NCBI GenBank assembly: GCA_963702425.1
Contig: CAVPCQ010000024.1
Location: 1-64,000, forward strand
Length of the DNA: 64,000 bases
Reading direction: 5' to 3'
From: an uncultured Acidobacteriota bacterium
GTDB taxonomy: Bacteria > Acidobacteriota > Polarisedimenticolia > J045
Part shown: piece after piece, positions 23,537 through 33,796 of the stretch
Numbering within the stretch: position 1 is the first letter of the stretch
Layout of the letters: every line of letters begins with the position of its first letter
Notes under the pieces: generated by a model
Databases searched by the model: none
Told to the model about the DNA's origin: nothing
Seen by the model: only the letters and a program-made list of their open reading frames with translations
Translations under genes and position numbers: made by a program

Positions 23537-25607
23537 ATGCCCGACGCCGGACCCGGGAACGCCTCGTCCCACGGCCTCCCCGACAACGCTTTCCGCGAGC
23601 TGAAACTCGGCGAGGTCTACCGGCCGATCGTCCCGCCTGGCGCCGCCCTCCCGGAGGTGACCACCCGCTCGGTCGTCTTCGGGCTGGTGATGACCGTGCT
23701 CTTCTCGCTCGCCGTGGCCTATGTGGCGCTCAAGCTGGGCCAGGGGATCGAGTCGGCGATCCCGATCGCCATCCTCGCGATCGGCTACTCGGCCCTCCCG
23801 TGGCTGTCGCGCCGCTCGACGATCCTGGAGAACGTCAACGTCGTCACCTTCGGGGCGACGGCCGGGATCGTGGTCGGCGGCTCCGTCTTCGTCATGCCGG
23901 CGGTCTACATCCTCGGTCTCGAGTCGCGCTCGGGCTTCCTCCAGATCTTCCTCGTCCCGCTGCTCGGCGCCGCGCTGGGGGTCCTGTTCCTGATCCCGTT
24001 CCGGCGCTACTTCGTGGCCGACATGCACGGCAAGCTCCCCTTCCCCGAGGGGACCGCGACGACCGAGATCCTGGTCGCCGGCGACCGCGGCGGGAACCAG
24101 GCGCGCGTGCTGCTCTACGCGCTGGGGCTGGGGCTGGTGCTCGATTTCCTGGCCCTCAACCTGCACGCCTGGCGCGACACCTTCTCGACCGCCGTCATCA
24201 CGCCCTTGCACCGCCTGACCGAGGACCTCAAGGCGGTCTTCCTGCTCAACACCTCGGCCGCGGTGCTGGGCCTCGGCTACATCATCGGCGTGCGCTACGC
24301 GGCGATCATCTGCGCCGGCTCGTTCCTCTCCTACTGGGTCCTGATCCCGCTCTTCGGCGCACTCGGGGCGACCGACACGGCCGGCGTCTTCCCGGGACGG
24401 CCGCCGATCGGCGGACTCGACTGGGAGGGGATCTTCTTCGAGCACGTCCGCTACATCGGGATCGGCGGGATCTTCACCGCCGGGGTGCTGTCGATCCTGA
24501 AGATGTCACCGGTCATCGTGCAGGCGATCGGCCAGGTGGCGTCGGAGATGAAGCGGCTGGCCGGGGGCGCGCACCGCGGGGCGACGCCGGCCCGGACCGA
24601 GCTCGACCTGACGATGAAGACCGTCATCGGCGGGACGATCGGACTGTCGGCGCTGATCTTCCTCTACTTCCGGTTCGTGGTGCTGGCCGCCAACCCGCGG
24701 GCGACCGCCGTCTCGCTCGCCGCGCTGGGGCTGACGCTGGTAATCGCCTTCCTGTTTGCGGCGGTGTCGGCCTGGGCAGTGGCAACGATCAGCATCACGC
24801 CGGTCTCGGGGATGACGCTGACGACGCTGATCATCTCCGCGATCTTCCTCTCCCGGCTCGGGCTGTCGGGCCAGGAGGGGATGCTGGCGGTGCTGCTGAT
24901 CGGGGGGGTCGTCTGCTCGGCGCTCTCGATGACCGGGTCGCTGGTCACGCTGTTCAAGGTGGGCTACTGGACCGGCGCCACGCCGCGCCGGATCGAGCTG
25001 TCGCTGCTCGCCGGCTCGATCCTGGCGTCGATCACCGTCACCGCGGCGATCGTGCTGTTCGCCCACACCTACGGCTTCACGGTCTCGCCCGAGCACCCCA
25101 ACCCGATGCCCGCCCCGCAGGCCAACGCGATGGCCGCGGTCATCCAGTCGGTCATGGCGTCGACCGAGGCGCCCTGGTTCCTGTTCGGGATGGGGGCCGT
25201 GATCGCGGTCCTGGTCAACCTGCTCGGGATCTCGCCGCTGGCCTTCGCGCTCGGGATGTACCTGCCGATGGACCTCAACACCCCGCTGCTCTTCGGCGCG
25301 ATCCTGGCGTGGCTCGTGCGGCGGGCCGTCGGGCGACGAGCAACTCGACCGCGCGCGCGCCAACCGCGGCACGCTGCTGGCGTCGGGGCTGATCGCCGGC
25401 GGCGCGCTGGCCGGCGTCGCCGACGCAGCGGTCAAGGCATTCTCCGACTGGATGGGATGGGGCGCGCGCGAGGGGAACGCCGCCTACCTCGAGGGCGTCG
25501 GGAATGGGGTCGGCCTGGCGGTCTTCTTCGCGCTCGCCGCCTTCGTCTACTGGGACGCGCGGCGCGCGACGGCCGAAGAGGGGGCCGGGCCTACGATCCA
25601 GATGTGA
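23537..25607 (+). CDS. OPT family oligopeptide transporter; one frameshift near 25330
   Basis: PEVTTRS, ESAIPIA, LPFPEGTA, PAPQANAM, FALGMYLP; C-terminus GTLLASGLIAGGAL in the shifted frame, ending TGA 25605-25607. Confidence 0.9.
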
Positions 25608-26547
25608 GATCCGCCGCGGCCTCGGCCAGCGCTTCGCGCCAGCGCAGGAAGGCCCAGGTGACGAGCGGCGTGGCGATCGCCGCGAGCAGGAACGCCGCCG
25701 CGACGGTCTGCAGCTCGACGCCGAGGAACTCCTCGGCCAGGCGGCTGAAGTCCATCCAGCGGCCGCCCCCCTTCGCTTCCTCGTACTCGACGCGGAAGCC
25801 GTGATCGGTCATCAGCCGCCAGGCGAAGCCGGCCGCGTTGAGCAGCAGGAAGGTGGCGACCGCGCCGTAGAGCGGGCGCTCGCCGGGGGTGCGGCAGGCC
25901 GACCCGGAGAGCGCGCGGTAGAGGAAGATCCCGGCGAACAGCAGCTCTGCCGCGTGACCCGCGGCGAGGAAGGCGATTTCGTGACCGGGCGTGAAGGCCG
26001 CCATGCTGTAGACCGCGACGCCGAGCGCGAGGACCGCCAGCGCGACCTGCGCCCCGCGGCGCCAGAGCCACCAGCCGAGCAGCGCGAAACCGGCGTAGAC
26101 GAAGATCAGCACGCCGGTGTTGCGCTGGTCGAGCATCGTCACGCCGCCGCCGTAGACGAAGTCGAAGGCCGGGATCGACGGGTAGCCGAAGGCCCAGCCG
26201 ACGACGGCGTGGCCCAGCTCGTGCACCAGCGTCGCCAGGTAACGCAGCAGGAAGCGCGTCAGCGGCAGCGCGTAGAGCACTGCGCCGATGAGCGCGCCCC
26301 AGCCCAGGGCGCGGCGCGCGGCGCCGTCCAGGCCGTTCGACAGCGGCGCCGCGGCGGTCCCGTCCAGCACGTCGGCCGGGTTGAGGGAGTGCACGCGCAC
26401 CGTGGCGGACGCCAGCAGGACCGCGTCCTGCCGCTCGCGCCAGCGCGCGAAGACCAGGCCGCAGCGCTCGCAGGCGGCCCCGGGATCCGCGGCGACCGCG
26501 GACTCGTGGCCGCACTTCGGGCAGGCGGTGGTGGTCAGGGTCGGCAT
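25591..26547 (-). CDS. Zinc-ribbon membrane protein with HExxH (M50-like metalloprotease candidate)
   Basis: CPKC...CERC N-terminus, LVHELGHA in a TM region. Confidence 0.65.
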   Translation of the reverse strand: MPTLTTTACPKCGHESAVAADPGAACERCGLVFARWRERQDAVLLASATVRVHSLNPADVLDGTAAAPLSNGLDGAARRALGWGALIGAVLYALPLTRFLLRYLATLVHELGHAVVGWAFGYPSIPAFDFVYGGGVTMLDQRNTGVLIFVYAGFALLGWWLWRRGAQVALAVLALGVAVYSMAAFTPGHEIAFLAAGHAAELLFAGIFLYRALSGSACRTPGERPLYGAVATFLLLNAAGFAWRLMTDHGFRVEYEEAKGGGRWMDFSRLAEEFLGVELQTVAAAFLLAAIATPLVTWAFLRWREALAEAAADLTSGS

Positions 26548-26652
26548 GCGCTCGAGGGACGGAATCTAGTGCCCCGGGCCATGGGGCGTCCCGGGACGGG
26601 GATCTGCCGCGGAAAGCTGAGGAGCGGCGCCGCTCCTGTTAGTCTCTCCGTC

Positions 26653-27810
26653 ATGCGTCTCCCCCTCCTTCCCCGGGTGGTCATCTTGCTCGCGGGCCTG
26701 CTGCCGGCCGGGGCCCCGGCCGCCTCCGCGGCCCCGCCCCGCGCGAAGTCCGTGATCGTGATGGTCGGGGACGGGATGGGCTTCTCGTACGTCACCGCCG
26801 CGCGCCTGGCGAAAGGGGGCGTGGACGGCCCGCCGCTGGCCCTCGAGACGCTCGAGCGTTTCGGATACCAGCGGACCTACTCGGCCAACGGCGTGATCGC
26901 CGATTCCGCGGCCACCTCCTCCGCCTGGGCCTGCGGCGCGAAGTTCCCGAACGGCGTGCTGTGCGACCACCGCGACGGCCGCCCCGCGCCGCCGTCTCTG
27001 CTCGACCTGGCACGGGAGAGCGGCCGCGCCGTCGGGCTCGTCGCAACCTCGACGATCACCCACGCGACGCCGGCGGCGTTCGGAGCGAGCGTGCCGGATC
27101 GCGCGTGCGAGTCGGAGATCGCGCGGCAGTACCTCGTGGATGCGAAGATCGAGCTGCTGCTCGGCGGCGGCCTGGCGCGGTTCCGCTCGACGACGAAGGA
27201 CCGCTGCGGCGGCGGCGGCGCGGACTACGTCGCGCTGGCGAAGCGCGAGGGCTATGCCGTCGTGACCAGCGCCGCGGAGCTGAGGTTGGCCGCCGGCACG
27301 GGGAAGCTGCTCGGGCTCTTTGCGAACGAGGCGATGGCGCGCGTGCAGGCGCGCCCCCCCGACTCCACCGAACCGACGCTCCCCGAGATGACCGCGGCCG
27401 CCCTGGCTCGGCTCGCGCCGGACCGCGAGGGCTTCTTCCTGATGGTCGAGGGCTCGCAGATCGACTGGGGTGGCCACGAAAACGATCTCGGCTACGCGGT
27501 GTCCGAGCTCCTCGCATTCGACGAAGCGGTACGAGTGGTGCAGGACTGGATCGCGGCCCGGCCGGAACGCGCTGTGGAGACGCTGCTGATCGTGCTCGCC
27601 GACCACGAGACCGGCGGGCTGGCGCTGGTCGGCCCCGTCGAACGCCCCGCCTCGCCCGGCCCCGTGCGGGTGAAGCCGCAGTGGGCCACGAGCGGGCACA
27701 CGGCCGCCGACGCGCCAATCTGGTCGTCGGGACCGGGGAGCGCGGAACTGGGCGGCCTGATCGACAACACGAAGGTGTACGAGGTCGTACGCAGGGTGTT
27801 GGCGAAGTAA
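26653..27810 (+). CDS. Alkaline phosphatase
   Basis: VGDGMG, DSAA catalytic Ser, THATPA, FFLMVEGSQIDWGGH, ADHETGG; signal peptide. Confidence 0.92.
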   Translation: MRLPLLPRVVILLAGLLPAGAPAASAAPPRAKSVIVMVGDGMGFSYVTAARLAKGGVDGPPLALETLERFGYQRTYSANGVIADSAATSSAWACGAKFPNGVLCDHRDGRPAPPSLLDLARESGRAVGLVATSTITHATPAAFGASVPDRACESEIARQYLVDAKIELLLGGGLARFRSTTKDRCGGGGADYVALAKREGYAVVTSAAELRLAAGTGKLLGLFANEAMARVQARPPDSTEPTLPEMTAAALARLAPDREGFFLMVEGSQIDWGGHENDLGYAVSELLAFDEAVRVVQDWIAARPERAVETLLIVLADHETGGLALVGPVERPASPGPVRVKPQWATSGHTAADAPIWSSGPGSAELGGLIDNTKVYEVVRRVLAK

Positions 27811-27871
27811 GGCCTCCCTCCGGGAGCTCCTGGCGGCGTACTTTCCTCTCCGTCACGGGGAGGACCTCCCG

Positions 27872-29443
27872 ATGTCGCTGCGCTTCGCCCTGCCCGTCGC
27901 CGTGTCGCTCGTCCTGGCTTTCCCCGCGGCCGCCTCGTCCGGCGACGACTGGAAGACCGAGGCCAACGCCCGGATCGAGACGATCCGCAAGCGCGACGCC
28001 GTCGTGGCGGTGGTCGACGAGTTGGGACGCGGCGTCCCCGGCGCCCGGCTCGGCGCCCGGCAGGCCAGCCACCACTTCGCGTTCGGCAGCTGCGTCACGC
28101 GGAACCTGACCTACGACCCGCCCTACCAGGCCTTCTTCCTCGCGCACTTCGAGTGGGCGGTCTTCGAGAACGAGACGAAGTGGTTCATGAACGAGCCGTG
28201 GCGCGACTACGTCAACTTCGCCGCCGCCGACGACATGGCCGCGTACTGCGAGCAGCACGGGATCCGGATGCGGGGCCACTGCATCTTCTGGGCCAAGGAG
28301 GAGTACACCCCCCCCTGGTGCCGCTCGCTCCCGGACGATGAGCTGCGCAGCGAGGTCGCCGAGCGGCTGGTGGACGCGGTGCCGCGCTACCGCGGCCGGT
28401 TCCGGCACTGGGACGTCAACAACGAGATGCTCGACGGCGACTTCTTCCGGCGCCGCCTGGGGACTGATATCGAGCCGTGGATGTTCGTCCGGGCCCACGA
28501 GCTGGATCCCGACGCGGACCTGTTCGTCAACGACTACTCGATCATCGCGGGGGACGCGGCGCGCACCGCGGCGTACATCGCGCAGATCGAGAGCCTGAGG
28601 CAGCGCGGCGCGCCGGTGCACGGGGTCGGCGTCCAGGGTCATTTCTGGGGCGATGTCGTCGATCCGCTCTCGATCCTCGCCCGGCTCGACCAGCTGTCGG
28701 TGCTGGACCTCCCGATCTGGGTGACCGAGTACGACGCCGTCGACGCCGACGAGAACCGACGCGCCGACAAGCTCGAGAACCTCTACCGTTCCGCGTTCAG
28801 CCACCCGAGCGTCCACGGGATCCTGATGTGGGGCTTCTGGGCCGGCGCCCACTGGCGCGGCGCGAACGCGGCGATCGTCGACCTCGACTGGCGCGTCAAC
28901 GCCGCCGGGCTGCGCTACGAGCAGCTGCTCGCCGAGTGGACGACGAACGTTCCCCTCGCGGCTCGGCCGGACGGCGCGCTCGCGTTCCGGGGCTTCCACG
29001 GCAGGTACAAGGTGAGGATCGAGGCGTACCCCGATCCGCCCCGCACCGAGGTCGTGGAGCTGCTCCCCGGCGAGGGAACCGCGAGCTGGGTCTTCCCGCT
29101 CGCGGGGACGACCTGCGTGCCGGCCGGAGAGCTCGAGGAGCTGCGGCTCTCGCACGATCCCGCGTCCGCGACGACGAGGCTGACCTGGCGGGCCCCCTCC
29201 GAGCCGGCGGGGATGGTGCTGCTCCACGACCTGCTGCGCAGCGCACGCGCGGACGACTTCGGTGCGACCGCCGCGTGCCTGCTGAGCGACGGCGCCGACG
29301 CATCCGCGACCGACGCCGAGACGCCGGCCGCGGGGAGCGCGTTCTTCTACCTGGCCCGCGGCCGGAATCGCTGCCCCTCCAATGAGGGGCCGCTCGGAGC
29401 GCGATCCGACGGGACGCCGCGCGCGGGGCGCAGCTGCCCGTAG
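27872..29443 (+). CDS. GH10 endo-1,4-beta-xylanase-like hydrolase with an extra C-terminal domain
   Basis: ENETKW, RGHCIFW, WDVNNE, GVQGH, WVTEYD; signal peptide. Confidence 0.9.
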   Translation: MSLRFALPVAVSLVLAFPAAASSGDDWKTEANARIETIRKRDAVVAVVDELGRGVPGARLGARQASHHFAFGSCVTRNLTYDPPYQAFFLAHFEWAVFENETKWFMNEPWRDYVNFAAADDMAAYCEQHGIRMRGHCIFWAKEEYTPPWCRSLPDDELRSEVAERLVDAVPRYRGRFRHWDVNNEMLDGDFFRRRLGTDIEPWMFVRAHELDPDADLFVNDYSIIAGDAARTAAYIAQIESLRQRGAPVHGVGVQGHFWGDVVDPLSILARLDQLSVLDLPIWVTEYDAVDADENRRADKLENLYRSAFSHPSVHGILMWGFWAGAHWRGANAAIVDLDWRVNAAGLRYEQLLAEWTTNVPLAARPDGALAFRGFHGRYKVRIEAYPDPPRTEVVELLPGEGTASWVFPLAGTTCVPAGELEELRLSHDPASATTRLTWRAPSEPAGMVLLHDLLRSARADDFGATAACLLSDGADASATDAETPAAGSAFFYLARGRNRCPSNEGPLGARSDGTPRAGRSCP

Positions 29444-29453
29444 CGACTCGTGT

Positions 29454-29485
29454 GACGCGGGGCGCGTTCCGACGCACCCCGCGTC
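29454..29485. terminator. Hairpin between convergent genes
   Basis: GACGCGGGGCGCGT-TCCG-ACGCACCCCGCGTC (one mismatch). Confidence 0.6.
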
Positions 29486-29495
29486 GCGCGGCGGC

Positions 29496-29972
29496 TCAGA
29501 GCTGCTTCAGCGTCGCCTGGACCGCCTCGAAGTTCGGCAGGTCGCCCGGGGTCGGGGTCTGCTCGGCGTAGCGCACCACCCCGGCCTTGTCGATCACGAA
29601 GGCCGCGCGCGCGGAGGTCGCACCGAAGCCGCCGAGGTCCTCGAGCAGCACGCCGTAGGCCTTGGCCGCGCTCTTGTTGAGGTCCGACGCCAGCTTGACC
29701 CGGATCCCCTCCTTGATGGCCCAGGCCTCCTGGCTGAACGGGCTGTCGACCGAGACGCCGATGACGTCGGCGTTGAGGCTCTCGTAGGCGCCGAAGCCGG
29801 CAGTGATGTCGCACATCTCCTTCGTGCAGACGCCGGTGAAGGCAAGCGGGAAGAACAGCAGCACGGTGTTCTTCCGGCCGAAGTTCTCGCTGAGCTTGAC
29901 CTCGCCGACGCCGGCGGCGGTCTTGCTCTTGAGGGTGAAGTCGGGGGCCTTGGATCCTACGGCGATGGGCAT
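29496..29972 (-). CDS. Peroxiredoxin (AhpE/BCP-like)
   Basis: APDFTL, FFPLAFTGVCTKEMC (PxxxTxxC), SARAAFVID. Confidence 0.9.
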   Translation of the reverse strand: MPIAVGSKAPDFTLKSKTAAGVGEVKLSENFGRKNTVLLFFPLAFTGVCTKEMCDITAGFGAYESLNADVIGVSVDSPFSQEAWAIKEGIRVKLASDLNKSAAKAYGVLLEDLGGFGATSARAAFVIDKAGVVRYAEQTPTPGDLPNFEAVQATLKQL

Positions 29973-29998
29973 GGGTGTGTTCCCTCCTGTGGTTTCAA

Positions 29999-30125
29999 GG
30001 GCCGGCACGGAGGCCGGCCCCTACGGGTCGCGTGATTCATGGTCGGGCAGCCTGTCGGGGCCGCCCTCTGTGGCGGCCCGAGTCCGCGCTCGGCATCCCG
30101 GGCCGGCACGGAGGCCGGCCCTTAC
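29999..30125. repeat. Cluster of three REP copies
   Basis: 29999-30024 (-), 30054-30079 (+, variant B with GTCG head), 30100-30125 (-, GTAA head). Confidence 0.85.
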
Positions 30126-32342
30126 GGGTCTCTTTTCTTGCCGGTCTCGGGATCGAAGACGCGGCCGTACACGAAGTCCTCCACGCTCCACGGCGGCGGG
30201 TCGCCGCCGAGGTACCGGTGGAACCAGTCCTGGTGCGCGGTGTAGTAGAGCGCCATCTCGTACCACGCAGGCCAGTGGCCGGAGTTCGGCAGCACGACGA
30301 GGCGCGCCGGGATCCCCTGCCGCCGCAGCGCGGTGAAGGCCTGCAGATTCTCAGTGTAGGCGATCCGGTAGTCCTTCTCCCCGGTCACGATCAGCGTCGG
30401 CGTCTTCCACTTCCCGGCGTTCTTCGCCGGGCTCAGGGTCTCGTACTGCGTGGAGGTCCAAGGGGTCCCCTTCAGTTCCCACTCCGGGAACCACAGCTCC
30501 TCCGTCGCCCCGTACATCGAGGCCGGATTGAAGACTCCCATCATCGCGGCGTAGGCCTTGTACGGCGTCTCCTGCCCGAGCAGCCAGTACATTGCGTAGC
30601 CGCCCCAGCTCCAGCCCATCGCCCCGATCCGCTCGCGATCCACGAAGGGGAGCTTCGCCAGGTGGTCGGTGACGAGGCGGATGTCCTCCATCACCTTCCC
30701 GCCCCAGTCGCCGGAGATCGCCGCGGTGTAGGCCTGGCCGTAACCGGTCGAGCCGTGTGGGTTGGGGAAGGCGACGATCACCCCGGCCCCGGGATAGACC
30801 TGCCAGTCGCCGCGGAACGAGTCGGACCACTGCATCTGCGGCCCGCCGTGCACATTGATCACCAGCGGGTACTTCTTCGCCGGGTCGAACCCGTGCGGCT
30901 TGACGAGGAAGGTGTGGACCTTCTTCCCGTCCGCTCCCGGGATCCAGAGCTCCTCGACCGGGCGGATGTCGACCTCCTGCTCGAGCCCCTCGTTGTGCCG
31001 CGTCAGGCGCACCGGCGGTGCGGTGCCTGACAGGTCGAGCCGCCAGATCTCGGTCGGCTGCGCCACGCTGCGGCGTACGACGACCGCGCTCTTTCCGTCC
31101 GGCGTGACGTCATACTCGTCGAGCTGCGCGAAGCGCGCGGCCTCGCGCGGCGCCCCGCCGTCGATCCCGACCACGAACAGCGGTGTGCGCCCCTCGACGT
31201 CGGCCTTGAAGACCAGCCCCTTCGAGTCGGGGAGCCAGGCCGACGTCGGTGACCCAGTTGTCGAAGGCCGGGGTCAGCTCGCGCCGCTGGCCCGTCGTGC
31301 GGTCGTAGAGCATCAGCGAGAAGCGGTCCGACTCATAGCCGGGTGTCAACTGGCGGCGGTAGGCGATGAACCGGCCGTCCGGCGAGTAGCGCGGCCCGCC
31401 GTCCCAGGCCGGGTTCTCGGCGGTGATGTTGCGCGGCGCGGGCAGCTTGCCTTCGAGGCCCGGCTCGGTCGATGCGACCCAGATGTCGCTGTTGGTCGAG
31501 CGCGCGAGCTGGTCGGCCGGGTCGGGGTTGCGGGTGAAGGCGACCTCCTTCCCGTCCGGCGCGACGTCGATGTCGCCGCCGCCGAGCGAGAAGACCGGGG
31601 CCTCGCGGTCGCCGGGCGAGAGGTCGACGACCTTCTTCGTCGCCACCTCGACCGCCAGCACGTGCGGCACCTTGCCGCGCGTCCAGCTCGTCCAGTGGCG
31701 GTAGAGCAGGTCGTCGGCCAGGTAGGCCGTGAGCGGGTTCTTCTCGAGCATCGCGTCGTACTTCTCGTTGCAGGCCTCGTCGGCGCCGCACTCCGGCCAG
31801 ACTTCGCTGGTGACGACGAGGAACCGTCCGTCCGGCGACCAGAGCGGCCCGTCGACGCCAGCCGCGATGTCGGTCAGCACCCGGGCCTCGCCGCCGTCAG
31901 CCGGCAGCAGCCAGAGCTGCGGCGCATCGCTGCCTCGCTTGGCGACGAATGCGATCGTCTTCCCGTCGGGCGACCAGGCCGGCGCGGACTCCGAAGCGTC
32001 GTCGGTCCAGGTCAGGCGACGCGCCTCGCCGCCGCCGCCCGGCACGCGCCAGAGATCCTTGTTCGACTTCCCACGGGCGAAGTCCTTGACGTCGAGGGCG
32101 TAGACGACCCACGCGCCATCCGGGCTGAGCTGCGCGCCCGAAGGGGCCTGGACGCGGTAGAGATCCTCGATCGTGAAGGGGCGCTTCGCGGCGGGAGGCG
32201 CGGGCGCGCCGGAAGGCCGCGGGGTGGAGGCCGCGGAGGCGGGGGCAGCGGCGTACGCGGCCGGTCCGGCGAGGGACATGAAGGCCGCGGCCGCTGCGGC
32301 ACCGAGCGCACGGAGTCGGCGGGCGCGGGTGTTCGTCGTCAT
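30122..32342 (-). CDS. S9 family peptidase (acylaminoacyl/dipeptidyl peptidase-like); one frameshift near 31240
   Basis: SPDG propeller repeats, VHGGPQ, GWSWGG nucleophile, GEKDYRI, SGHW. Confidence 0.9.
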
Positions 32343-32615
32343 GGGGGGCGTTCCTTCCGAGGTCCGGCTGGGGCGGAAAGGCGACGATATCACCCCGCCC
32401 GCGGGCCGGCCGCCGGGGCCGGGCCGGGGGGCTGGATGGCGATGGAGCCCGGCCTCGAACGCCAGCGCCAGGGCGAGACTCTCCAGGAGCCTGGCCACGG
32501 GCCGCATGCGGTGAAGGGAGCGCTCGGCTTACGGCATGCCCGATTCGTAAGCCCCCCGTCCTTGACGGGGAACCCTCGCCGGGGGGACCGTCCGGTCGGT
32601 CGCGGACCGGGGCCC

Positions 32616-32641
32616 TGCAACCTGACCGCGTTCGAGCCGTT
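32616..32641 (+). promoter_or_regulatory. Candidate ECF-type promoter upstream of the ECF sigma gene
   Basis: TGCAAC-N16-CGTT resembles the AAC...CGT ECF consensus. Confidence 0.35.
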
Positions 32642-32654
32642 CGTGGGAGTAGAG

Positions 32655-33167
32655 ATGGAGGCCGAGGCTTACCAGCGGGCGGTGCTGGAGCTCAAGGACC
32701 GCGTCTATGGCTACTCGGCCCACCTCCTGCGCGACCGGGAGGAGGCGAAGGACGTGACCCAGGAGGCGCTGATCCGGCTGTGGGAGCACCGGGCCGAGAT
32801 TCCCGACCCGGCCGCGGCGAAGCCCTGGCTCCTCAGGACCGCGCACAACCTGTGCATCGACCGGATCCGCCTGCGCCGCACCCGCGCCGCCGCCCATCTG
32901 GACGACGTCGCCGAGCCGGCTGCGGGCGAGGCGTCGGCGCCGGACCGCCCGTCCGACGACCGCGCGCGCCGCGCGGAGGTCGAGCGCGCGCTGGGCCGGA
33001 TCCCCCCGCGCGACCGCGCGCTGCTGCTGCTGCGCGAGGTCCACGGCCATTCGTACGAGGAGCTGGCGGGGCTGCTCGACACGCCGATCGGAACGCTGAA
33101 GTCGCTGCTGCACCGGGCCCGGGCGCGCCTGCGTCGCGAGGTCGAGCTGCTGCGGGTGGAGAAATGA
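32655..33167 (+). CDS. ECF RNA polymerase sigma factor
   Basis: AKDVTQEALIRLW, WLLRTAHNLCID, SYEELA..IGTLKSLLHRAR. Confidence 0.92.
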   Translation: MEAEAYQRAVLELKDRVYGYSAHLLRDREEAKDVTQEALIRLWEHRAEIPDPAAAKPWLLRTAHNLCIDRIRLRRTRAAAHLDDVAEPAAGEASAPDRPSDDRARRAEVERALGRIPPRDRALLLLREVHGHSYEELAGLLDTPIGTLKSLLHRARARLRREVELLRVEK

Positions 33168-33796
33168 CGACCCTCTCCAACGACTGCCGGACCGCGCGCC
33201 GTACGCTCCTCGCGCGCGAGGACGGGGCGCAGCCGGCGGCCACGCGCGAAGCGCTCGAGCGGCACCTGGCCGCGTGCGCCCCGTGCCGGCGCCGCGCGGT
33301 CGAGATCGATCAAGCGCTCGGCGCGCTGCGCTCGCTCCCGCCGGCCCTTCCCTTCCCCGCCGAAGCTCTCGAGTCCGTCTGGGACCGCACGATCCGGGCC
33401 GAGCCCCGCGCAGCGGCCCCCCCGGTGCTCGACGCGATCCGGTCAGCGCGTCCGCCGCGCGGAGCGCGCGTCACCGGCTGGCGCCTCGCGCTTGCGGCGG
33501 CGGTGCTGCTGGCGGCCGTGCTCGGTCCCTACGTCGCATTCCGCGCGCGCGAGGACGCGGCGCCTGCCGCACCGCAGGCCTCCGCGTCGCTCGGCCCGGA
33601 GGAGCGGCGCGCCGCTGCGGAGCTGCGGCTCGTGCTGGAGCTGACCGACCGCGCGCTGCAGCGCTCGCAGCGCGCCGCCGTCGACGGGGTCCTGCGCCGT
33701 GGCGTGGATCCCGCGTTGCGCCGCGTGCCAGTGCTGCGCGAGATCGTTCCCGACCGACCGTCGTCCCGCGACGGCTCCGTGGAGACCCTGAGATGA
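33164..33796 (+). CDS. Zinc-binding (ZAS/zf-HC2) anti-sigma factor
   Basis: HLAACAPC (HxxxCxxC), single TM, ATGA overlap with sigma gene. Confidence 0.8.
   Translation: MTTLSNDCRTARRTLLAREDGAQPAATREALERHLAACAPCRRRAVEIDQALGALRSLPPALPFPAEALESVWDRTIRAEPRAAAPPVLDAIRSARPPRGARVTGWRLALAAAVLLAAVLGPYVAFRAREDAAPAAPQASASLGPEERRAAAELRLVLELTDRALQRSQRAAVDGVLRRGVDPALRRVPVLREIVPDRPSSRDGSVETLR

Noticed and set aside
32343-32654. 6S, SRP, tmRNA or RNase P RNA
   Set aside because: No diagnostic conserved sequence motifs recognised; kept only as an unassigned structured region
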